Of a stretch of 63,479 nt of DNA, positions 1 to 13,320 are shown one piece after another (the first letter of the stretch is position 1; each line of letters begins with the position of its first letter). Origin of the DNA: Aplysia californica (Eukaryota); NCBI RefSeq assembly GCF_000002075.1, contig NW_004797681.1:395814-459292 (forward strand), in the 5' to 3' direction. Below the pieces are notes generated by a model that was not told where the DNA came from, did no database searches, and saw only the letters and a list, made by a program, of their open reading frames with translations. Position numbers and translations under genes: made by a program.

Positions 1-1820
1 ATTATTATTATTATTATTATTATTATTTGTCCAAAGTTTCCCTCACGTTTACCTGATGTCTCCCGCCCTCAAGTGGGATGGTTCGGACATGTATAGGTAG
101 GCCTGCAGATATGATAAAACGTGATGATGCATGAAGCTGAAATTGCTGGTGGTGATGCCCAGTGACAATTTATAGTGAAACCTTTTTCTTTGGCTTACTG
201 GAATTGCTCCTGAAGCGTGGGGTGGAGCTAAACGTTATATTATATAACATAAGTGTCTGAAGTCTCACCGCCCTCCCCTATAATAATGAATCATTACCAA
301 AAAAAATTAGCTGCTGGATCAAGGACTCATGAGCCGGCCACCATCATATCAACTGCAACATGTGCTTATGTTATCCCAAACTCGAATTAATGACGTGCAC
401 AGTCTTAAGTCTTGACCTGTCCATGACTCGTAAACTATGATCTTGTAGGCTACGTGGAATTTCAATTTAGCTAGGCGAATTGAATCAATAGTAATTGCAC
501 CCCTAATTAATTAAGCTGACCCGTGATTTAATGCACCCCGCATAATTTAGCAAAATTTGATCATTTTTTGTGTGCATCATTTCTGATTATTTTCCTTTAT
601 CATTCTTTGTTAAAATTAACAGAATCGCATAATCTCTCATTTTTTGGCTTAGTTTGAATAATTTCAGAATTTTTCTTACCTAAAACGACAGGGACAGCCT
701 AAGGCACACGGTTTCATTTTGTCCTAAGTGTCCAAGGGTTTTATAACCAGGGCTCCCTCTTTTAAAAAAATAACTAGCTGGGCCCCCTTTCGATGAAAGG
801 AATAATCGGTGCATTAACGTCAACCGAAAGACATTGGCTTATGATATTTACATATTTCTGGAATGGAGCAACACATTTTGAGAGACACAAAATTAGAAGG
901 TTTAGATACTCTCAAAACAGTGCGCACGGTTAGTGAACGGGAACCTCATTTCCTAAAATTACGGAGACAGAAGCATCGGCCTACAAAAGCGATCGGCGAA
1001 ATATAAAAATTAATTAGCTTTTTGCAGCAAAACTGTCTCAAAACTGAAAAAACGGAGGGCGTCATGATCTGGAGAAAATTTTTAAAATCTTTTGGCGAAA
1101 ACCGCATGTCGATCGATGCAGCCATTAAAAAGTCTTTTGAATAGCAAAATTCGGCCACCACATATAGATAATATCATAATAGATTCATCGACGGGCTTTT
1201 AAGAAAATTCAGCTAGGCCTATAAGTGCGTGTTGTTGTTATTGTTTTTCAATTTAGTTTTTGATTTGTGTTTTGTGTTGGTTTTTGCTTGATCGGGTTGC
1301 TTTCAGCCGTCATCAGGACGTTTTTTATGCACCACTCCTCTCCTCTTGGCTCTTCCTCAATTTTCTATTTTGATCTCACAACAACCTTAGCTCAACTCGA
1401 ATTACATGTATTACATGGAGACAGCGTGTATGGTTTCTCCGTGCCTTGCCTTTTGCTGAACTGAAGGAATACAACAAAGAAAGAAAAGAAAAAGAGAGCT
1501 GTGCATGCCCCATATGGACACTCTGAATAAAAATAAAACAAGAAATAACAAAGGCATTAATTTTCGAATCATTATATCAAGCTATTCTATTGTTTAGTAT
1601 TAGAAGCCAAAAAAATGTGTTGATAGGCCTAAGAAAACGGAATATTGAATCGATTGTTTGCATAGTTTTACTTTACTTCATAGGCCTCTTATTAATTGGC
1701 ATATCAGCAAGGAGCTTAGAACTACTTTTAATCTCCTTGCCTATAGGCTGTAGGCTATAGGCGTTAGTTACTTCGTAGAAGCATCCATCTTTTCCTCTAA
1801 TTCCTATTTCTACGTAGCAT

Positions 1821-1835
1821 TTCCGACTTCCGGTT
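1821..1835 (+). promoter_or_regulatory. Tandem ETS/GABP-like motifs (TTCCGACTTCCGG) just upstream of the malectin start
   Basis: ACTTCCGG core ~25 nt before the first ATG, typical of TATA-less housekeeping promoters; function inferred. Confidence 0.4.
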
Positions 1836-1854
1836 CTAAACAACGGACGAACGC

Positions 1855-2247
1855 ATGAGAATGTTGATGCTTACCGGTATTTTTGTGAGCCTTAGCAAAA
1901 GGCTTTTGATGTTGAAAAAACCTCTCTTTGCATGTCTTCTGTCACTTGCCTTATTAATGCAATGCGCTAATGCGAGTGAAGTTGTATGGGCTGTTAACTG
2001 CGGTGGAGAGGAACATACTGATGTCCATGGCATTCATTATGAAGCAGACCCCTCGGACACCGGGTTTAGCTCCGATTTCGGGAAAAGTTTGATGATCCAG
2101 AGGGTTGTACCCCAAGATCAAATCCTTTACCAGACAGAAAGATATCATGTTAGTACTTTTGGCTATGACATTCCAGTTCATAGAGACGGAGAGTATGTGC
2201 TTGTTATCAAATTCAGTGAGGTGTGGTTCACAGCTGCCAATCAGAAG
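1855..2247 (+). CDS. MLEC: Malectin exon 1
   Basis: ATG to CAGAAG|gtaagt, 393 nt, phase 0. Confidence 0.93.
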
Positions 2248-5200
2248 GTAAGTTCTAGGTGTTTTTGTAGTTTGTTAGATCACTAAACTAAACGGATAGA
2301 ACAAGAGCGACAACTAAACGCCTTTGGCCTTTGGCAAATATTTATAGTAACGGCCATCTTGTTTGACGCCATTGAGGGATTCCCACGTTGTCAGTCATTA
2401 TGGCAACACGACGGCAGCCTGCCGACTCGGATTATTTTCTTGGCAACTTGCAAACTGTTCAGTTCAGGGCCCTCAGTTCAGTTGTCTGTGAATGTGATGA
2501 CTGTGATTGTGCAGCACCCTTCTTCAGATTGACTCCGATGCTGTACACTACCGTTTACGTAAACTGAGAAGCAGAAGAAGACTAAGAGCAGGCTTACGTC
2601 AGTTTGGATACGAAAGCAAATTTTTTTTTTTAAGTTCAAAAACACAGACGCAGTGCAAATAATTGACCGTTTCGATCAAGATTGTTTCTTTCAAAGTTTT
2701 GTAAGCACAAGAAATTAAACAAGAGATTAGACTCAAAATAGGACGCTGAGCTGCAAATGGAGTAGAACTATATGATAAGGGGAAGGAGCTTGGAAACTGT
2801 CAGTGCAAACCGCATGCTGCACAAAATCATCATTATTTTTTAAATCATGATCAGATGAGGTGGCGGCATCCCCCTTGCGAGGTCAAACAAGATGGCTGTT
2901 GTTGCTACTATAAATATCGGCCAATGGCGTTTAGTTATCGTTCTCTAGCTATCCGCTTGTTTGTAGAAACTTTAGACTAAAACAATTTTGTTGATGTAAA
3001 GTGTTGCTAAAAATGGTAACTTACTTTCACACTTGTATTCTGCATTTAGATGGTTAAATGGCAGTATTTTTTGCTGTAGATTACTCATATATATGAATAA
3101 GACCACTCTAACTTAATTAACTAGGCTATTCTAAAATTATCGCAAATGTGTATTAAATTTTTTCAAGAAAATTTCAAACAAACCATTTCTAATCATCTAA
3201 TGCAAACGAAGTGATTATTCGGACTCGAGTCCGAATATATGAAAAAATGTTATTCGGACTCTGATTCTTGTCCAGCATGACATCACTTCCGACTTCCTGT
3301 GACTCGTGACTCCGGCTTCCTGTCCTGCCTCACTCGTGACTCGCCTCAGGCTGGGTAGAGATCGGGATTACTTCGGGCAAAAAGGCGTTTTGTGCAGGAG
3401 CCGAGTTGTTATCTTATGATGAATTTGAGGCCGGCCTGAAAAGTTATAGCGCTTCTAATAAATGTTTATTTGTCAAGAGATCGTCAGAAGCAATTAAAGA
3501 TGGCTCGTTAGCGTGTGTCGGGGTCAGATGGGCGGCCTGCACACGTGTGGCTGTGTGCGTGTCAGGGAGGGGGGTGGGGGGGCACTATCGGTCCGGGCGT
3601 TGAACGTCGCATACGCGTCAGTCTTTTTCCCCCTGGCAACTGATCATTATTATACAATAATATTATAAGCTAATCTTGACGTAGATCTACGTAATGAATT
3701 GTGCGCTGGTCTATGGAATCAAAAGTTGCCGTATGCTCAGCTCTACACAGCAACACAACTTTTTCTTGGTAAACAAACAATCGAGATGACACAGGCTTGT
3801 GTATTTGAACGAATCGGTCTTTTTTTTTTACACAGCTCATAATATGCAGGTGCCAGGTGGTCTGCTAATCTTCAATTTTACCTTTTTCTACAACAAAGAA
3901 AGTGGGAAACATGGGGGGTAGGGCTGGGGGGGGGGGGGGGCGTATCAATCATAATCAATGAGGCGGCGGGCATCGGATCGGCAGAAAAGGTGTAGGGGAA
4001 ACTAAAAAATGGCGGAAAATTGGAAGCACTGAACGTTAGATCTATAGAACCAAGACACTTCCTTTTTTCCGGACCCGAGTCCGAATAACATTTTTTCATA
4101 TTCGAACTCGAGTCCGAATAAGAATTTTTTTAATTCGGACTCGAGTCCGAATATGAAAAAATGTTATTCGGACTCGAGTCCGAATAACGACGGCCTAACG
4201 CAAAACATAAAATTTTAGAGAAATACAGGGGGCATGCCTCCCTGAAAGCCCCCTTTTTTTTGTTTTTTTACCTCATGGGGGTGGCATGCATATGGCCTAG
4301 AGGGTTTTTTAGGGGTCGGGTAGGGTTTGGGGGTAAGGATATGGTTACAGCTTGGGTCAGGGTTAGGGTAGGTCTCTTGTCCTCTGTATTGAATGTGTTT
4401 GTTGGGGTGGTCGCTCGTCACGGAAGTCCTTTCAGGCTTAGTGTAGGCCTCTTACTAATTAATATTTAGATGGCTTCTCTAACACAAATAAATATTAATT
4501 AAATATTAATTTAAAACTAATAATTAGCGACGGATATATAAAAAATAGATAGAAATGAACAAGAAATGGGCTATTCAATGCCTGTAACAACCTGAACATG
4601 AGACAGGAGTTATTGAGCTGTCCCACTTATACTTAGTTTATGGTAAGAAATTGCAGGTATAGGCATAGGTATATATATATATATAGAGAGAGAGAGAGAT
4701 AGCATAATATTGCTCTGTAGGTTACTTCTTTGTTCATGAGAGTGACAGTGTGTGTGCACCACAAAGGTTTTTGCTGTGTCTGTTGGCGTGTGTATCTATA
4801 GCTTTTGGATACAGGAAGTAATTAGGCTATATTTTATAGCTAGGCTTCTTACTAATTTAGTTTATGTAGTAGGCTTTAATATCACTCAGCTTGGATAAAT
4901 ATAGTATAGAGTTAATCCCCCCCCCCCCTTTTTTTGTTGTTTTTTGGGGGGGGGGGGGGGTTTGCTTTTGAAAATTTTGTCAACAGCAACCATGGCTTTC
5001 CTCCCAAATGGGTTGTTGTGAGGCAGACACCACTGTACTTTTTTGGTTTTACATATATGAACAAGGTTTTCCCTTTTTGTGTGTGTGTTTGCAGGTTTTT
5101 GACGTTGTGCTGAATGGTGAACACACTGTTGTGAGTGAACTGGACATCTTCGCCCGTGTTGGCAGAGGTGTGGCACATGATGAAATTATTCCTTTGACGG

Positions 5201-5947
5201 TCCGAGGGGGAAAGCTGAGAGTTAATGGCGAAACATCACAAATTGACAGCAGCAAGATATCTATCGAATTTATCAAGGTAGCGATTGTCGTCATCTGTTG
5301 GTACAGCCGCAAACACATATCGACCTGATCACGCAAGGCTATGTTCTGCCAAATGTTGAATAATTCATGTGGAATTGCTTGTTTTTTGTGTGTGAGCATA
5401 TGCTGTGAACAGTGTTTCCAGAAGATTCCTGGCCTTTCAGCAGAAGTTTGAGCTTTTTTTGCCAGCATTTTCTTTCTTGAAATGTTATTATAATACAATT
5501 ATTTGGATTTAGCTTGTAGGATTGTGACAGCACTTAGTTTTTTGTTAGTTGTCTGTTTGTTCCTTTTGGCCAGATCCAAATAATGCGACCTGTGAGGCCA
5601 AGTACCTCTTTGTGATGCTGTAAATGCTAAATGCTGGCTACACGATAATAATAATGAAAGCATTTATGCTGCCCATTTTTATTTTCTAAAAAACGCTCAA
5701 TGCACTTTGCATATGATTAATAAAGACATCACATTTTAAAAATTAATGGACAGGTGTATATGTAAAAATGTAATATTATATTATGCATGTATACAGATTT
5801 TTATAAGAAAATTAGTTCCACAGTGAGTTTGGCAATGTGTGCAGTAAAAAAAGGTAGAATGCAAAAAAAACTCACTAACAGTCACAATAAAACTGAAACA
5901 TGAATAGCTACAGGCAGAATAAAACATTCAGTCTCTCCAGATAGAAT

Positions 5948-6014
<67 letters not shown>

Positions 6015-7965
6015 TGTCTCTCTCTCTCCCTGTGTCTCTCTCTTCATCTTCCCCCACTTCTTTCTATCTCTCTTCCTAACACACACACTATTTGGGGGTT
6101 CTTGTGGTCTAGAGGTTAAAGTGTTTGCCTTTCATTAAATAGTACCGAGTTTGAAACCGGATAGCGATGGAAAACTTTCCTCTCTAAAATGTTCTCCTTT
6201 CACATCCTTTCCTGCTCTCTAACAATGTTCTTTCGTCTCCACTTTCTACCCCCACCCCCTCACCTCCTTTGCCCCCCCCTCTGGGCTCCTGACTCTCTCT
6301 GCAGCCTTTCTACTGCTACTTCTTGTATTCCTTTTTACCTCTGTCTTTCAGCCACACGCCTGATCTTATGGTAGGTAAGATGTACACCTAGCCTTCTCTG
6401 ATAAGGTCAACAAATTTCGGAAGTCTCGTGTGCAAGTTGCATGCGCTCAACTGAAAATGTTTGATGTGTCCCGCACTCTCATATGATCTTATGCAGTTGC
6501 GACCACCTTAAAATCTTCAGTGTCCCCTTCGGGCATACACATGCATGTAGTACCAGAAAAAGTAACATTTTTCGTTATGACAAGTATATGCATTTGTAAA
6601 TAAGTAGTGCTTCAGCGGTATTTTGAAATGTGAATATTTTGGGCACTCCATATTTTCTATTCAGAGTTTGTCCCACACAGTGGAATCAAAAAAGAAGAAA
6701 CGCTCGCCATATGTTTTATAATTTTGTTTGGGGAGGTTTGTAGAATCAGTTTTCGTCAGTGGCTTATCTAAAGGCTCAGTGTGGTTGATATAATTCCAGG
6801 AATTGTTTTAGATATTTAGGTGCACTATCATGTAGACATTTTAAACAGAAAACAGCAGTTTTGTATTTGATCATTTGTTTTACTGGCTGCCAGAAAATTT
6901 TGGGTTGCGGGAATGCTATTTTTGTGGCAATGCTATTTCCAATGATACTTTCTTATTTGGTTCATTTTCAATATTTCCAGGGTGACCTTGATAATCCTAA
7001 AGTGAATGCCATATATGTGATGAAAGGCACTCCAGATGGTATGTGGTTTCTTGTAATTTATTTTGTTGTTTTTAGTGAATTTTTAAGGCTACCGTTTTAA
7101 ACTGTTTGTTACAACAGGGAGCCTCTGACTCTTGTCTCTTCACGTTCGCAATTCTTGTCATTTATTTTTGTTTCTGTTTTTTAAATTAATATATTCTGAT
7201 TTTTCAACACTGCTTGTCTGCAATTTTCTAAGTCATGTGTAACCTGTTTAGTGTTCCAATGTCAGTGTGTTCTCTGCTGGAAATAAGCAACTTTTGTGAA
7301 GAAAAAAAATGGATCAAACATTAGAAATAACCAGCCTGTCAGTCCTGAATGCTTCAGTCAGTTTAGAAATTTACCATTGTAAATGAAATTGCAGACTTCA
7401 TGAAATAAAACTAAGTGCTGTTTTTGTTTGAAAAAAAATTCAATAGTGAATCAAACACTTCCATATGAAAGGGGGTATGGTTCCACTGGTACTAACATTT
7501 GGACAATTTCCTAAAAGCTTGGTTCACAGCTTTTACATGCAAAATAAAGAGTCTTGCCATTACAGCTCTCAATGTTCCTGTTACAATTTCTGTTTAAACC
7601 TTAACTTTGCTCAGTTTTTATCAGCAACAAGTTGGTTTTTCTGTGACTGTGTTTAACTTTTTAATTGGAAAATGATTTCTGTTTTTGAAGGTCCTGTGTA
7701 TGTAGGGAAACTAAAAAATTATTTTTTTTGTATTGGTCTTTCAGATGTCCCCAAGTTACCCTCAATGCCAGGGTCTGAAGCTGCTGAGGAAGAAGACGAT
7801 GACGAGGAGGAGTCGTTAAGCAGCAAACCTCAAAAGTCACGGCGGCCGTCAGGGCCAAAGGTCAAAGATCCGTATGCAGCAGATGACACCAGTGCAATGT
7901 TGTTACCTGTATTTGGGGCCATCGGGGCATTTATTCCTTTACTTTACTGCTTATGTAAATTATAG
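1855..7965 (+). CDS. MLEC: Malectin, ER membrane Glc2-N-glycan lectin; join(1855..2247,5095..5277,6981..7038,7745..7965), ~284 aa
   Basis: Signal peptide; malectin domain ([53 protein letters not shown]); acidic linker; C-terminal TM helix ending CLCKL. Phases 0,0,1 consistent. The true start may be an in-frame ATG at 1861, 1867 or 1909. Confidence 0.96.
2279..2970. mobile_element. MITE with ~90-bp imperfect terminal inverted repeats in malectin intron 1
   Basis: cggatag..actaaacgcc..atatttatagta..gccatcttgtttgac (2295-2368) is mirrored at 2881-2956. Confidence 0.7.
3207..4195 (+). mobile_element. Non-autonomous Mutator-like element, family M1, carrying a 5' transposase fragment
   Basis: 9-bp TSD taatgcaaa/taacgcaaa; repeated 22-bp palindrome TATTCGGACTCGAGTCCGAATA at both ends; peptide [30 protein letters not shown] resembles the FAR1/ZSWIM3-type N-terminus; second copy at 21628-22510. 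Confidence 0.8.
4298..4432. mobile_element. Partial small element with GGGTTA-like repeats (same family as 20801-22792)
   Basis: ggttagggta repeats ending in ggtggtcgctcgtcacggaagtcctt. Confidence 0.5.
5095..5277 (+). CDS. MLEC: Malectin exon 2
   Basis: ttgcag|GTTTTTGAC ([10 protein letters not shown]...IEFIK)|gtagcg, 183 nt. Confidence 0.95.
5950..6043. repeat. (CT)n microsatellite
   Basis: Direct reading. Confidence 0.95.
6094..6515 (+). mobile_element. tRNA-derived SINE family S1, diverged copy
   Basis: Colinear with 54569-55082: A box tggtctagagg, body, ctcatatgatcttatgcagttgcga tail. Confidence 0.8.
6981..7038 (+). CDS. MLEC: Malectin exon 3
   Basis: ttccag|[20 protein letters not shown]|gtatgt, 58 nt, phase 1. 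Confidence 0.93.
7745..7965 (+). CDS. MLEC: Malectin exon 4 (acidic linker, TM helix, stop)
   Basis: tttcag|AT GTC CCC... DVPKLP...EEEDDDEEE...[21 protein letters not shown]. Confidence 0.95.
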
Positions 7966-8958
7966 ATTTAGCCCAACTATTGATTTGTTTAGATCGTTTT
8001 TGGGGGGTTTTTTTGCTTTAGAAACAGCAGGCTCTCGGAATGAAAATGTTCAGCCATCAGAAAGAACCAACAACCCTTTCCATGCTTGATTGGCTGTGAG
8101 TTTTTACAGATTACAGATTTTGTTTCAGCAATTGACGTTAACAAGAGTTTTAGCATAGGTGTGGCAGAAGTTTTGTCAACAAGTACAGCTGTCAGTGTGT
8201 TCTTGTTGTCTTCACATCTCTCTGGCTGCTAAGGGTATGGCGCCTCTGGTTAAAGTAAACATCTAATAGAACACTACATGCTGACATGGAAGAAAATGTG
8301 GCTGGAGTCTCAGAAAGCAAGCTCAATCTCTTCACGTTTAATTATGTCATGGAAGACTGTATGTTTGTACCTTAGTTACTTTGTCACAGTATTACAGAAC
8401 ACTGCGTGCGCCAACAGCAAGGCCTACAGGCCACTGCTGTGCACGTTTAAATGTTCCTGTGGTAGATTTTAGACTTTTCTCTTCAATATACAGAATAGAC
8501 AGAATAGAAACCCAAGGAAAATTTACCCTGTTTGTCTTGCTGCTATCAGTGTGCTGGCCTGAAGTATTGTTTGAGAAAAATCTCATAGGATATGTCTGTA
8601 TAATAGAAAAAAAAACAACAACTCTGTCTTTAAGTTCCACTGTGACTTTAATGTGAAAGTGTTGATTTTAGCTATGGTGTGCATAATTCGTTGTATGAGA
8701 GTTGATGCGCTTTTTAATTTCTGAGTCGGCATCAGAGGGGGGGGGGGGGGGGGAGTTTTTATCCTCACATTTTGTAATGCTTCAATGGTTTTGTCCGATA
8801 GAGGGTGGCCGATGTTATATATATATATATCATATCAAACAGTTGTCAGTGTGGGTGATGGACAGTTCAGCAACCGTTCATTTTTTTCAACCAGTGGGTG
8901 TATACTGTGTGCAGAAATGGTACTTTGTTGTTTTTTACGCTGGCCAATGAAAGATATA

Positions 8959-9685
8959 CAGTGAAATCCTGTTATAATGAGAGGGAGGGGACCGGTGCGA
9001 AATGTGCGATATACCCGGATTCTAGTTATAAGGGATCCAGTAATAAATTCAAGGGAATTAAAATATAGGCCTAATCTATGAGTTTAGTGTTCTGTTTATT
9101 TCTTTTTGTAATTTCCCCTGATGATGGTTTTGTTCAACATGACCTCAAGGTCTCACATAATCAAATATCAAATCAGGTCTCTTTCTCTAGCGCTAGCTAT
9201 GTTGACAGCTCAGCGTTGGCGATCAGAAAGAAAGGGCTCTAGGTTAACTCGCCCGCTGTGTTGTTCTCCACCCCACCACACCCTGTGGTGCGTTTCGTCT
9301 GCTTGCGCACATCACACATTCGCTCCATCCTTCACAGTTGAGTACCGGTACATATACTGTGACTTCTCCATCCCCGCATCGGAGAAGTGAGAGGCATGGT
9401 AGGCCTAGATAATCTAGACTAGGCTGGCCTATCTCACGATGCGTTCTGCTTGTCTGTGCGTACCACACCCTCCCCACTCATTCGCTCCGGCCTTCATTGT
9501 TGGCTCACGTGGGCTCTCCCATTCTTTGTTTCGCTCAAGGAATTATAAGGTCCTTGGTTTCACTAGGTCACTATAGCAGTATTTTATTTACAAAGGTAAA
9601 GAAGGGGGGGGAAATGGGTTTTAGAATAGTGTCTTTATAACAGACTTCTCGTTATTCCTGGACTCGTTATGAGTGGGCTCCACTG
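8959..9685. mobile_element. pogo/Tigger-like MITE downstream of the malectin stop
   Basis: TA|cagtgaaatcctgttataatgag ... ctcgttatgagtgggctccactg|TA. Confidence 0.7.
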
Positions 9686-10503
9686 TAGTAAATATAGTCC
9701 CTCATATTTCTTAATTTAGTGAGCTCTTCCAAGTAGTAATGGTGTTTTGTACTAGATGAGAGTATGAGCTAATGCTTGGTGGGTTTTGGGGGGGCTTTAT
9801 CCTGCTTTTTTTTTTGCCAGTTTTTATTTATCAGTGCCAACTTACTCCTGTGCTTTTGTGTTTTGGGAGGTTGACATTTTTTGTCCAAAAGCAACCTTTT
9901 TACAAAATTTATATTGGGGAAAAAATGTATTTGTAATAACAAAAGTTGTCCTCAAAGATTGTGGGGTCAGTGTGGTAAGGTCATGTGCTCTAAGCTTTCC
10001 CTTTTTTTTCCCATTGATATCAAGAACAGAGTGAAAAAAAATATTCTTTATTTAATTCTAAATGAATAAACTGCATTTTTTTCTTCCCTTTGATACGTAC
10101 CACGAGGTTTGTGCATTCCATTATATTTGTTTAAAAGATTGAAAGAATTCGTTTTGACTGTACTGATTTTTATCCTTTGCTTCTCCTTTTATTTTGTTGC
10201 TAACTTAAAGGGGTAATGTTCTCATTTTGTGCTGATTTTTAAATGATTGTTTGTTCTCTTGAGAGATCTGTAATAATTTTTTGTCTTCTCGTCTCCTAGC
10301 ACTTTTTTGCTGTCTTGTTTCAGTCTTTGTTTATTTCGCTGACACAATTTCTTAACCTTTTTTGTTTGTAGCCGGTTTTTTTGTTATTTACTTTGAAACT
10401 TTTAAATATCCTTTTCCCCTTGTTGTGACTGAAACTTGTATGAAAGCTTTCGTCACTGATTTTGTGTATGGATGTGCCCAATACCGACCGACAAATCATC
10501 TCT

Positions 10504-10682
10504 TGGGGTGGTTGGCGGGTGCTGTGATGTGGTTTGCTTCTTCCTTCCTATCAAACATCTATCTTCGTTATCTCCCATCCTTCTTTTTTGTGTTTATCAC
10601 TCTCTTATAACACCTCTAATCTTCGGCACTTATATGACCTTATTGTGTTGCAAGTGCCGTAAAACACTTACTAAAACTAAAC
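10504..10682 (+). mobile_element. ~180-bp headless short retroposon family R1
   Basis: GGGTGGTTGGCGGGTGCT head, pyrimidine body, stem-loop tail, (aaact)n end; TSD aaatcatct. Confidence 0.85.
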
Positions 10683-11191
10683 TAAATCATCTACGGTGGG
10701 TTTTGATTCTCAAATTAGTAATATTCGTAAGCAAAATGTTCCCTGTTTCCTGAGAATCTTGTAATTTTATTGGAAAAGATATTCACATATATTTTACAGT
10801 ATTGGTTCCATCTAATTATTACGTCGCATTCTCACTGTGTCATTTAGTGGCTCTGTCACTTTGTGCTTTCTCTTGGATTTTGTTCAACAGGTGTTTCCTT
10901 CATCTGTTTTATCAGCTCCATTTACACTTTCATGGTGTTGTGTCATCTTTCTCTTTTCTGGATTGCCTGTTTTTTAAAATCCCCGACAAATGTTATCCAT
11001 CCAGGGTATGTACTCATGTGTCAAACAGTTGTGTGTTATGACCTGCATCCGTGCTATATGTAACAGTGAATGTGTTGTATAGAATAGGCCAGGAAATATG
11101 AGAGGAGTTGATGCAGTACTAAGGGCAGTGGACCTTCTTGTCTAAAGCATCCATGGCATCCTTTTCTCCCCCAAATATTCTGACCTGAGCT

Positions 11192-11439
11192 ACACGCTTA
11201 GTATTAGAAGGTAGAGTCCATCTGAACCCTTTGAGCCTCCCCTCTCTCTGCACCTATAGCACACCAGAGCCGGACTTATTTTCTCTGCCGTAGCACTCGT
11301 CCTAAGACGCAGTGGTGTAGATCTGGCTTTCAACGCGCAGGAGCTCAGGTGCTCGCTCTGCTTGTGTTGGCTCAGTAGGGGGAGGGAGGAGCCTCAAAGG
11401 GTTAAGACGGACTCCGACTCATCCTTCCTATACCGAGTG
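11192..11439. mobile_element. Small foldback/MITE
   Basis: gagtccatctgaaccctttgagcctcccct mirrored by gggagggaggagcctcaaagggttaagacggactc. Confidence 0.55.
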
Positions 11440-13141
11440 CTGTTAAGGTCATAATAGTGACTGACATGTTAACCATTTTCGTATTACTTCCTTAAAATAG
11501 AAAAGAACTGTGACAGAAACTTGTACTTCAGAAAAGCATTGTTTAGAGGTCACCTTATGAATGGTTATCACAAAGAGTGCCAGTCACGTATAGCCTGTTG
11601 AGTGGGTGTTTATTTAAAGTGCTATCAACACCATTTGGTTCTGTGAACAGCATGAAACCAATTGTTTCCTTGTCTAATTGTAGTTTAAAATTTGATAGAC
11701 AAGCCCTTTATAAGTACCTGTTCTGTAAATAAATGTTTGGGAATTTTGCATTTGAAAAAAAAACTTTTTCAAGTGGAGGTTAGTCTAGTGTTGGGTCATA
11801 AATGTACACATATCTTATCTTATCTTATATGATTTGCCATGATTCTGGTGAGAAAAAGCAAGAGTTGCCGACTGTTTTTATGTAGGACAAAGTACAGGGT
11901 GTTCTGTTTGTATATTGTGGTTTGATTCTTGTGTAGCTTATGGTAGAAGAAGACATTGGTCAATTTGTGATACCACACCATAAATTCTCTTGGTTCCGGG
12001 GGGTGTAGGCTAACCCTGATGGTGTCAATCTTATGTCAAGAAATACTGTAATCACTGCCATGCTTCTGTTCTCATCTGATTCAGAATCCTCTTGTTGTAC
12101 AGTCTGTAGGGAGTAATTTATCTGTATGCAGCGAGTGTTTACAAAACCAGTATGACTGCATAATAAAGCAAGATAAAAACCTGCCTGTAAACACTGCTCT
12201 TTTCTCACAGTACGCCTTAGGCTGTCCTTAACCTGGAGAAATCAACATGTCTGTTTATATTGCCATTATGCATGCAATGACAGCATTAAATTTGTTTCTG
12301 TATTTACCATAAAATGTGGAATGGCATAACATTTTTTCCCAACACATTTTTCCCCCTCTCGCTCAAAATAATGGCGTCCGTGTGGCGTGTATTTTTTAAT
12401 TATGTGTAAGGTACCTGTTCTTGAGACAAAAAGTTTGTTTTTGTTAGAACTACTGCCCTCATCAATATTTTTTGGATATAATAAATAGTCATCCATCATC
12501 TAACAATTAGAATTATTTCTCTGAATTGACACAGAATTCTATGGGTTTTCTCAAATATATTGTTTTCCCATGAAAAGTTCAAATGCACTTTTATATTTCA
12601 AACTGGGTTTACCAAATGCAACAGGGTCATGTTAATGTTATCACAACTGGCTTTGACAGGTCGGCATGCAGTGACGTTGACCAGAAAGCTTGTTCCATTA
12701 TGAGAAAAGGACATACTGTAAGAAGTATTTGTCTATGAACTAGGTCACCAAAGTATACCTTTCCTTTGCTTTTGAGTATTAATTCTGCTCAGCAGTCTTA
12801 ACCATCCACACACTCACTCACACTGACATATGCAGCGGTGTGCGCATGCGCATTTCTTCTTTAGTATCCACAAGAGGTAAAAAAAAATGTCCTTCTACTT
12901 CTACAGAACTTTTCCCCTCTGTGTGTAGTTTGTGTTAACTCGTTTGTGTAACTTCAGTATGTGTTGTTTTTTTTTATTGATGGTCAAGTGGGATGTAGAG
13001 TGAGTTTCATACATATAATATTCTTTGTCATTTTTTATCATTGGGTGTAACTATTTATTTTTGCATATGCTGATGTATTTATTATTGTGATGCCAGATTA
13101 TTAAAAGTATTTCAGTGGTGTCTGACGCAAACTAGCAAATT

Positions 13142-13320
13142 GTGGGTGGTTGGCGGGTGCTCTGGTGTGGTTTGCTCCTTCTTTCCTATCTAACATCTAT
13201 CATCCTTATCTCCCCTTCTTCTCTTTTATGTTTGTTACTGTCTTGTAACACCTCTTATCTTCTGGCGCTCATAAGACCTTATGCAGTTGCGAGCGCGGTA
13301 AAACCTCTACTACTAAAACT
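13142..13320 (+). mobile_element. R1 retroposon, young full-length copy
   Basis: 13-bp TSD aaactagcaaatt at 13129-13141 and 13321-13333. Confidence 0.9.

Noticed and set aside
505-1203. Possible TTAA-flanked DNA transposon upstream of malectin
   Set aside because: A plausible right end (tcgacgggctt|ttaa) exists, but no convincing matching left TIR was found.
1295-1320. Minus-strand CTGATGA..GAAA hammerhead-like core
   Set aside because: Only 5 nt between the core boxes and no closing stem I or III.
3214-4188. Recurrent palindromes TATTCGGACTCGAGTCCGAATA resembling a CRISPR array
   Set aside because: Eukaryotic context, no unique regular spacers and no cas genes; they are subterminal repeats of a transposon with a 9-bp TSD.
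12841-12852. Perfect NRF1 palindrome TGCGCATGCGCA
   Set aside because: Isolated in CA/TG-rich, CpG-poor sequence with no nearby exon or promoter context.
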